This document shows, in pieces, positions 57,230 through 64,000 of a stretch of 64,000 nt of DNA. The notes below the pieces were generated by a model. That model did no database searches and was not told where the DNA came from. It saw only the letters and a list, made by a program, of their open reading frames with translations. A program made the position numbers and the translations under genes. Position 1 is the first letter of the stretch, and each line of letters opens with the position of its first letter. This DNA comes from Giardia intestinalis (lineage: Eukaryota), in the NCBI GenBank assembly GCA_000002435.2, contig CM018792.1; one strand, 5' to 3'.

Positions 57230-58915
57230 ATGTCAATTCTGGACAAGTTCACTTGGTTCAACGTTTGTCGGGCTGGACTCGTTAATCAGATAAAGGATAA
57301 CATTGCTAAGTTTAAGACTGTGCGGGACGAGGTCACCGGGGCTACAGCTCTCATGCATGCGTGTGTTGATAACAATCTTGAGGTTGTGCGAATTCTGCTA
57401 CCATATGAGGATGTTATCACTGATAATAGTGGGAAGACAGGTCTCATGATTGCTGCAGAGCACGGGTACCTGGATTTAGCCAGACTTTTAATGGTGACTC
57501 AGGTTGGAAAGCAGCGCGAGAATGGCCAAACTGCACTCATGCATGCGGCAGCCTATGACTTTGAAGAGGTCGTAGAGCTTCTTTTGCCGAGGGAGGGTAC
57601 AATGACAGACAACAATGGATGGACAGCGCTCATGTGTGCCGCCTGGCGAGGATCTAATAAGGCCGCGTTGGTTTTGGCTAAGGTGGAGGCAGGAATGGCT
57701 AGCAAGCAAGGAGAGACCGCCTTTCTTTGTGCGTGTGATGCTGGTAACTATGAGCTTGCCAGGCTTCTGTTGGAGAAAGAAGGTAGAAGCACGCTGCGGA
57801 CAGGAGAAACCGGTCTTCACCTGGCTGCACGGAGTGGGTGCAAGGCTATTGTAGAGCTTCTTCTGGAACCGCTTTGTCGGAAGCAAACAAAGGCAGGAAA
57901 GACAGCTTTGATGTATGCAGCATCTGCGGGCAATTTGGAGATAGTAATGCTTTTATTAGAAAAAGAAGTAGGATACCAAGATACAGACGGGCGCACAGCT
58001 ACCATGAATGCCATCCTGAATGGACATGAGGGTTGCATGACAGCTTTGTTGCCTCATGAGAAGGAGATTGTCGATAAAAAGGGGCAGACTGCTCTAATTG
58101 TTGCTCAGAGCACAACGCCCAGTGTAATGTCTTACCATGTAGCTGCTTTATTAGGTGGAATCATAGATCCAGAAACAGGGAGCACTACTCTGATACAGGC
58201 AGCACGACGTGGTTTGTCCGATATTGTTGGGATTCTTGTTCCTGCCCAAACAAACTTAACTGATGAAAGTGGAATGTGTGCAATTCACTATGCTGTTGCG
58301 AGTCACAATCTGGAGTGCATTAGGTTGTTGAAGCAATATGAAGGTAAGACACTCAATGCCAATGGGCATCATGCCCTGATAATGGCTGTGATAGAGGGAG
58401 ATGTCTCTGTCATACTAGAACTTATTGAACACTCTTGGATTCCAGATGCAGAAGGCAACTATCCAATTACATACTGTAAGGAAGATCCACTGAGCGATAT
58501 CTATCAGCTCCTCTTCTCCCACATGATGCGGACACACCCCAATTTTAAGGCTGTTACATCAGCGTTCTGCCTTGCTCTTCATACATGCTTCTCGTTGCTA
58601 CTTAATGACTACCCCGATAACGATGATTTTGAATTTCTCTCGGAGTTTCTGCTGCTCATATCTGATCTCTTCTTCAGTCCAGAAAGGATTACTGCTACAC
58701 AGATAACGGGAGAGATTACTACGCTCCTGGACAGCTTCACTGCGACGGTCCACGAGTTCCCCTGCTGCGTCTGCATAGACCGCCCGGCCTTCGTCATCAT
58801 CCGGCCCTGCATGCACATGTGCATATGCAGCCAGTGCGTCGCGTCTCTGCGTGGGCGGTGCCCGTACTGCCAGCGCGCCGTTACAGAGCACTTCGAGATT
58901 GCCCTCGAGAAGTGA
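57230..58915 (+). CDS. Ankyrin-repeat protein with C-terminal C3HC4 RING finger (putative E3 ubiquitin ligase)
   Basis: About 10 ankyrin repeats are followed by CCVCIDRPAFVIIRPCMHMCICSQCVASLRGRCPYCQRAV. The ATG at 57230 (cttttaaaaATG) was verified. The stop TGA at 58913-58915 is embedded in the poly(A) motif AGTGAAC (58911-58917). Confidence 0.75.
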   Translation: MSILDKFTWFNVCRAGLVNQIKDNIAKFKTVRDEVTGATALMHACVDNNLEVVRILLPYEDVITDNSGKTGLMIAAEHGYLDLARLLMVTQVGKQRENGQTALMHAAAYDFEEVVELLLPREGTMTDNNGWTALMCAAWRGSNKAALVLAKVEAGMASKQGETAFLCACDAGNYELARLLLEKEGRSTLRTGETGLHLAARSGCKAIVELLLEPLCRKQTKAGKTALMYAASAGNLEIVMLLLEKEVGYQDTDGRTATMNAILNGHEGCMTALLPHEKEIVDKKGQTALIVAQSTTPSVMSYHVAALLGGIIDPETGSTTLIQAARRGLSDIVGILVPAQTNLTDESGMCAIHYAVASHNLECIRLLKQYEGKTLNANGHHALIMAVIEGDVSVILELIEHSWIPDAEGNYPITYCKEDPLSDIYQLLFSHMMRTHPNFKAVTSAFCLALHTCFSLLLNDYPDNDDFEFLSEFLLLISDLFFSPERITATQITGEITTLLDSFTATVHEFPCCVCIDRPAFVIIRPCMHMCICSQCVASLRGRCPYCQRAVTEHFEIALEK

Positions 58916-58917
58916 AC
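58911..58917 (+). promoter_or_regulatory. Giardia-type polyadenylation signal AGTGAAC (AGTRAAY) overlapping the TGA stop of the ankyrin-RING gene
   Basis: The sequence gagaAGTGAACaaa places the stop codon TGA at 58913-58915 inside the motif. Equivalent motifs are AGTAAAC at 47337-47343, AGTAAAT at 48781-48787, and AGTAAAT at 60710-60716. Confidence 0.6.
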
Positions 58918-58921
58918 AAAG

Positions 58922-58994
58922 CACACCCGACGGGACTTGAACCCGCAACCCCCAGATCCGAAGTCTGGTGCGCTATCCATTGCGCCACGGGTGC
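58922..58994 (-). tRNA. tRNA-Arg (anticodon UCG)
   Basis: The minus strand folds by hand into a 73-nt cloverleaf: acceptor GCACCCG/CGGGTGT (G1-U72 wobble), U8, D-stem GCGC/GCGC with loop AATGGATA, anticodon stem CCAGA/TCTGG with loop CTTCGGA (anticodon TCG), variable GGGTT, T-stem GCGGG/CCCGT with loop TTCAAGT, and discriminator G. It is very similar to eukaryotic tRNA-Arg-TCG (shared AATGGATA and GACTTCGGATC). Confidence 0.85.
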
Positions 58995-59064
58995 CTTGGC
59001 GCGCGCAAAACCACTACACGCACATAAGCGTTGTGACGAGTGTATGGATATAGGCTAAACAAAA

Positions 59065-60699
59065 ATGCTTCTGGCCATTCTCGCGGCGCTCCTCGGGGCC
59101 GAGGTTCGACAGTGCGTTTACTACGAAAACGACAGCTTTACTCTTGTACCTCTCGAGGACAAGGGCCACAACTGCGTCGCCACTACCATTTCTGACATCG
59201 AGGTCTTCAACGAGACGGGCTGGATGCGCTTCAACGTCACGACGAGCGCAAGCTATCCAGACTTCATCCAGATGCGCGCAGTCGGATTCGCTGAGGGCAA
59301 GATCTTCCAGCACCACATCTTCAACCATTATCATAATCTCAAGGACTGGTTCCTCTTTGCATACCTTCACGCAGACGACTACCCCCAAGAGCTCTACGAC
59401 TTTCTTCAGGAGAACCTTGACTGGACCCGTAGCACTGCCTACAAGTACGCCGAGGTTGACAGCTTCTGGCGTCAGGTCGCCTACACACTCGATCACTTCG
59501 ACGGGCTGGTAGAGGCGTATCGGGCAACGGCTCCGCAGGAGGAGATGCTTTCAGAGCTGGACCTCTGGACGTACCTATCGAGCGGCGATCTTCTCGATAT
59601 CGTAAACTTTGCAGTGCCATCCACACGGATGGACTTCTCAAAGATGACGCGCGAGGAAATCTCCGACTATCTCGCTTTTAGAAGCCATTGCAGCGGCCTT
59701 GTTTACTACAATGGCGACACCGTCTACATTGGCCAAACAGCCTGGTTCTTCTATGGTGGCATGACTCGTGTCTTCAAGGGATACACTCTCAACCTTAACG
59801 ATGTGTCTAATGCAGCCGAAACGCTCACGTTTAGCTCATACCCAGGCTTCTCCTACTCATTTGACGACTGGACAGTGACCTCGCAAGGACTTGTTATCAT
59901 TGAAACGACAGCCAACGTTCTAAACACCAGCCTGTATGATAACTGCACGCCTAGGTCTGTTCTCACGTGGATTCGCTCCCAGGTGGCCTCCCGGATGGCA
60001 GTCTCAGGCGCCGGCTGGCATCAAGCCAACAGTCAGTACAACTCTGGAACGTATAACAACCAGTGGATTGTCGTCGACCTTAAGCAAATTGAGAGTATGA
60101 CCGTGTACAAGAACAACTTTGTTTGGGTTAGCGAGCAGATGCCCGGATATATCGTTTCGGAAGATGTCGCCCATGATATGACTTATGGCGGATACTACTT
60201 CCCATCTTACAACACGCCCTTCTTCGATGAGCTCTGGATTGTCGCTGGCTATCCCAGCGTCGCAGAGGGTGATGCCAGCTATCGTTATGACAAGAATCCT
60301 CGTGGACTTATGTTTGCACGCGATGTTCCACAGATTACTGGCATCGACGATATGAAGAGGATCATGCGCTATAATAAGTGGCAAACAGATCCGCTTGCAA
60401 TTACCGAGGGCCAGACGGAGCCAGATCCAGGGAACGGCATCTCTGCCAGGTACGATCTGCGCCTCGATGAGTCTCGTCGTAAGGCATTCGGAGGTTACGA
60501 TGCAAAGATCCTTAGCTATAATGGCCATAGCAGGAAGATGATCGCGTACTTTATCTCTGGGCCCACGACAGACGATCAAGAGCCATGGGACTTCTCCAAG
60601 AGCACCCTTTACTGTCCTCGTAGAGGTCTTAAGGATGGTCCGTACCAGTATGATTGGCAAGAACTACACCTTCCTGTTTATTGGCATAACAATATGTAA
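59065..60699 (+). CDS. Phospholipase B-like protein (PLBD / 'LAMA' Ntn-hydrolase family), secreted
   Basis: It has a signal peptide MLLAILAALLGAEV, a size of 544 aa, and the conserved central block YNNQWIVVDLK characteristic of phospholipase-B-like proteins. The ATG at 59065 was verified (aacaaaaATG). AGTAAAT lies at 60710-60716, 11 nt after the stop. Confidence 0.7.
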   Translation: MLLAILAALLGAEVRQCVYYENDSFTLVPLEDKGHNCVATTISDIEVFNETGWMRFNVTTSASYPDFIQMRAVGFAEGKIFQHHIFNHYHNLKDWFLFAYLHADDYPQELYDFLQENLDWTRSTAYKYAEVDSFWRQVAYTLDHFDGLVEAYRATAPQEEMLSELDLWTYLSSGDLLDIVNFAVPSTRMDFSKMTREEISDYLAFRSHCSGLVYYNGDTVYIGQTAWFFYGGMTRVFKGYTLNLNDVSNAAETLTFSSYPGFSYSFDDWTVTSQGLVIIETTANVLNTSLYDNCTPRSVLTWIRSQVASRMAVSGAGWHQANSQYNSGTYNNQWIVVDLKQIESMTVYKNNFVWVSEQMPGYIVSEDVAHDMTYGGYYFPSYNTPFFDELWIVAGYPSVAEGDASYRYDKNPRGLMFARDVPQITGIDDMKRIMRYNKWQTDPLAITEGQTEPDPGNGISARYDLRLDESRRKAFGGYDAKILSYNGHSRKMIAYFISGPTTDDQEPWDFSKSTLYCPRRGLKDGPYQYDWQELHLPVYWHNNM

Positions 60700-61533
60700 G
60701 CTCTTCCACAGTAAATTGCTTTTCCATGTGATGGCGCCTCAATGAACTGTTGTGTATGCTGCGCTGCTGGGGTCTTGCCCGCAAATGCGGTCCAAAAATC
60801 TCACGAGCAAGCCTCGCCCACTTCCTGGCCAGTCTGGAGATGAAGATTGGTCGCATATGATAGCAGTACGAGATTCCCTTTATCAGTATATCCAGAGCCC
60901 GACGCCTTCCTTGGTCGCTTCGTGTTGTGTACTCTGTCTGGAGACGCGCATCCAGGGCTCACGCATTCATGTTATTCACCAATGGTACCTCTCCTTGGCC
61001 TGCCGTCAGGATGAATGAAACTCAGGTCGTCCCTGCACTTCTTGACCTCCTCGCTGTGGTATCCCTCTGGCTGCTGGATGACACCCACGCCCACCGCCTT
61101 GCGTTTGTGTCGGGCTCTGCTCTGGCCGCCGGGCTGGCCTGATCTCCAGCTTGCGTTGCACTCCCCGAGACACGGAGGCACAGGTACCGACGATCGCATG
61201 GAGCTCCTGGTCGTCCCTCTGCACCGGTGGAGAGGAGCCCCTGCTTGCTGTCTACAACCGCCCTCGGACTGGCCAAGAGTCGAGCACGAGCTTATCCCGA
61301 GGCCTCCGAATGCACCGGAGACGGGCTCCGATGGCACAGCACTCGATGCGATTCTTCCTGCTTGCACCCTAACTGAGGCCTGTGCACTGAGAGGCCGGTG
61401 GCACCCACCCGCTGGGGGCAGGCCACGATCTGGTGGTCCGGAAGGCGCTTGCAAGGGGCTGGGCGTCAGTCCAGGGGATGATCCAGGCCCTAAGCATTCA
61501 CTCTCTATGAGCTGCGGCCCGACAGCCACAGAG

Positions 61534-63606
61534 CTAGAACTCGTCCACCGTCCCCATGAGCTCCACGTTCTCGGCCGCTGCCCTCTTCTTCGAGATCGGC
61601 TTCGATCCCCGCCGCCTCCGCAGGACGAGCCAGCATGCGAGGGCGACGGCCGCTATGATGAGAAGGGAGACAACGACTGCCACGGTGATCGTCGTGGAGC
61701 TGGAGCTGGCCTTCCTGGTCTGAGAGACGCATGTGTCATCCTGGAGAATGTACCCCTCCATGCATATACAGAGAGAGCCGACTGATTCTGATCCGCTTGG
61801 ACAGCCTGAGGCGCAGGATCTCTTGCTCGGCTGGACGTTGTGATTGCTGTCCGCACATGAGAGGCACTCGCCACTTGCGCTGCAGCTCGAGCACCCTGTG
61901 GCGTCTGATGGACAGGTGTTCCTAGCGATGCATGCGCCATCACTACTGGGCTCAAAGCCCTCCGCACAGACGCATCTGCCACTACCATCTGGTTGCTGAT
62001 TTGGTCCATTACACTGAGATACACACGAAGAACTATCTACCGAAACAAATCCTTGGGAACACTTTGTGCACATGACTCTGCTGTTGCTGAAGGTACATGT
62101 TTGGCACCCTTCGATACCGCATGGAGTACAAGCATAATTAGTATCATCTCCATAATACCCTTCACCACATCCAGCGGAGTCTACACACTCAGTCGTGCCA
62201 AGGTCATTATACTTGATGTACTTCCCCGAAGCACATGATATGCACCTATCGGGCCCAGAGCCTGTGCAATCTGCGCAAGCTGGATCGCATGGCTCGCATC
62301 TACTTGTGCCAGTGTCTAAGTAGGTTCCTGAGCCACAACTGCAGCGGCAAATACCATTTTCATCGCAGCTACCTGGATTATCTGCTGGACACGAGTCAAC
62401 ACAGGATGCACCGCCCACGGCTGCATACTTACTATCCTTACAGCCAATACAGATGGGAGTGCTGGAAGCATCAGAGCCAGGAACGCACATGGCGCAATTG
62501 GAAATGGAGGCATCACAGCTACTGCACCCAGGATCCTTCTTATAATACCCTTGCGCTTCATTACAAGTAGTGCATCTACCGTTGAAAGCTTCTACACAGA
62601 TGCTACTGCCAAGGGGGTCACGAGTACTATAACATCCTCCTTCATACAAAAAGATGGTAAGACCTGGGAAGTTTTTATTACAGGCTGTGCATTTGCCAGA
62701 ACTGACATCCTTGTTACAGCTCCCTCTTGCAGTTGTTGGCCCACAGTTTCCATTGTGGGGTGCTTCGCTAGTATTAGCACACTGCTTGCAAGCAGAGTAA
62801 CCAGCTATATTTATCTGATTTTCTTCAGCGCATATATTGTTTCCCCCACTTTCCTTATTATAGCATCCGCCCTTATGGTAGACGTAACCAACTGCACAGT
62901 GAGTACAGTATCCGTTTTTGCATTCATTAGAGCCGACGTCTGTACACTGGCCATTGATCGGAGCTTTATCGTCAGCTGAACAAGAAGTACACTGAATACT
63001 AGCAGTGCTTGCAGCATTATTTGGTGCAGGATCTTCTGATAAAGAAACGCAGGTTGAACAACCATCCATTCCAACCTTACCATTGAAGCCAACAGTATCA
63101 CCACACAGGATACACTTTTCCTCAGCATTAGTATCTGAATTCGTAAAAACATTTTCATAGTCTGTTTCGCAAACGCTACACATACCACTTGAAACAGTCT
63201 TACAGATGTGCGAGCCAGGCCACTCATCCTTGCTGTAGCAACCACCATAAAATAGGAAGTAAGTTGTCTCTGCATTAGGATCGTCACTTCTACTTCCCTT
63301 TCCACCAGTGCATGACGTGCAGCGCTGTCCGCCATTGCCACCATCTTCTTGAGCACAGATAGCTATATCTATAGATGAGTCTGCATCGTCTTTCCCCACG
63401 CACCCGCCATTGATAGGCACCTTTCCAGAGGTGCACTCTGTACATAGGGTAACTCCCCGCCCGAACCTGACGCACTTGTCTTGCACGCAGTTAGGCTTGT
63501 AGCCTGTACAGGCAACGTAGTAGTCATTCTTGTACGGAGTAGAGCCATCGCCCGGCTGGGCCGCTAAGCCGATAACCGCTAGACCGAAGAGAAACAATAC
63601 CGACAT
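61534..63606 (-). CDS. High cysteine membrane protein (HCMP)
   Basis: It has a signal peptide MSVLFLFGLAVIGLAAQ, about 690 aa of CxxC/GxC repeats, and a C-terminal TM ITVAVVVSLLIIAAVALACWLVL followed by RRRRGSKPISKK..., with no CRGKA. The track start (63655-63657) is TTG, and the ATG at 63604-63606 was verified. Confidence 0.8.
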   Translation of the reverse strand: MSVLFLFGLAVIGLAAQPGDGSTPYKNDYYVACTGYKPNCVQDKCVRFGRGVTLCTECTSGKVPINGGCVGKDDADSSIDIAICAQEDGGNGGQRCTSCTGGKGSRSDDPNAETTYFLFYGGCYSKDEWPGSHICKTVSSGMCSVCETDYENVFTNSDTNAEEKCILCGDTVGFNGKVGMDGCSTCVSLSEDPAPNNAASTASIQCTSCSADDKAPINGQCTDVGSNECKNGYCTHCAVGYVYHKGGCYNKESGGNNICAEENQINIAGYSACKQCANTSEAPHNGNCGPTTARGSCNKDVSSGKCTACNKNFPGLTIFLYEGGCYSTRDPLGSSICVEAFNGRCTTCNEAQGYYKKDPGCSSCDASISNCAMCVPGSDASSTPICIGCKDSKYAAVGGASCVDSCPADNPGSCDENGICRCSCGSGTYLDTGTSRCEPCDPACADCTGSGPDRCISCASGKYIKYNDLGTTECVDSAGCGEGYYGDDTNYACTPCGIEGCQTCTFSNSRVMCTKCSQGFVSVDSSSCVSQCNGPNQQPDGSGRCVCAEGFEPSSDGACIARNTCPSDATGCSSCSASGECLSCADSNHNVQPSKRSCASGCPSGSESVGSLCICMEGYILQDDTCVSQTRKASSSSTTITVAVVVSLLIIAAVALACWLVLRRRRGSKPISKKRAAAENVELMGTVDEF

Positions 63607-64000
63607 CACTGAATTTTCCGGCGCACCTTTGCAACAGAACGAAAAGGTTTCTTGCAACCGAGTACATTAACTGCTAGCGAATCCGTGTGCGCATACTGAG
63701 ATTCCCGTGTCTGAAGCATAACGTGGAGGGCAACTAGCGGTACGATGAGATGACTCGTTGAGCCGGAGTCGCACTGGGCTCAGCTTGTAAATGGAACCAC
63801 TCCATGGAAGCCCCCTGCGTCACGGACCTGTGCTGATCAGCGCGCCCCTGCTCTCCATCCTGGTGCTGAACGGGTGATGTGCCACACAGGCAGACCTGGA
63901 GGCAGAAGAGGAAGGGAGGGGCGGGGCATTTTAATTCGCAAAATGAACTCGACGGAGAACGCGTAATCGCTCGACGGTGGCCCTGAAGAGGCATCGGACG

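Noticed and set aside
59014-60660. Minus-strand ORFs 59014..59496, 59339..59641 and 60004..60660 antisense to the phospholipase-B-like gene.
   Set aside because: The sense-strand ORF is full length with a signal peptide and the PLBD signature YNNQWIVVDLK. The antisense ORFs are artefacts.
60972-61785. ORFs 60972..61529 (-), 61015..61785 (+) and 61022..61276 (-) as protein-coding genes.
   Set aside because: They overlap each other in different frames and translate to Pro/Gly/Arg/Ser-rich low-complexity sequence without motifs. The + ORF also overlaps the HCMP C-terminus. I report them only as a GC-rich region of uncertain nature (see findings).
1-64000. Searched for CRISPR repeats, RM, TA, integrase or transposase genes, phage genes and operon-like co-directional short-spaced bacterial genes (the prompt hinted at an undescribed system).
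   Set aside because: I saw no direct-repeat/spacer arrays, no Shine-Dalgarno-led operons and no recognisable prokaryotic defence or mobile-element proteins. The gene content is eukaryotic (HDAC, PAP, ELAC2, TRM112, CPAP, ankyrin/NEK/HCMP families), so no prokaryotic system can honestly be claimed.

Overview
This 64-kb window is not prokaryotic. It looks like a gene-dense segment of a Giardia-type (diplomonad) nuclear chromosome. Three lines of evidence support this. (i) There are three large secreted, cysteine-rich CxxC-repeat type-I membrane proteins, which are Giardia high-cysteine membrane proteins (HCMPs) rather than variant-specific surface proteins because none ends in CRGKA. There are also three large ankyrin-repeat 'Protein 21.1'-like genes and two kinase+ankyrin NEK-type genes with degenerate catalytic motifs. 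(ii) Intergenic spacers are extremely short, with AT-rich stretches of about 10-50 bp directly abutting the ATGs and no visible introns. (iii) The Giardia polyadenylation motif AGTRAAY sits at or just after several stop codons: 58911-58917 overlapping a TGA, 47337-47343, 48781-48787, 60710-60716, and on the minus strand near 3431-3437. I call 33 protein-coding genes plus one tRNA-Arg(UCG). The housekeeping genes are cathepsin-B-like protease, tRNase Z (long form), class-I HDAC, poly(A) polymerase, TRM112, adenylate-kinase-like NMP kinase, two Fe-alcohol-dehydrogenase paralogs (one apparently catalytically degenerate), phospholipase-B-like, a UBR-box giant E3-like protein, RING E3s, a plant-type secreted LRR protein, and CFAP57-like and CPAP/SAS-4-like basal-body or flagellar proteins. 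There are also several lineage-specific hypothetical proteins, including a tandem pair of paralogs with shared short motifs. I find no CRISPR array, restriction-modification system, toxin-antitoxin pair, integron, phage or transposon here, and I see no bacterial-style 'defence system'. The second-look items are therefore eukaryotic-genome-organisation and gene-family observations. The six-frame ORF track uses TTG/GTG/CTG as starts, so where the sequence shows the track start is not ATG I have trimmed the 5' end to the first in-frame ATG.
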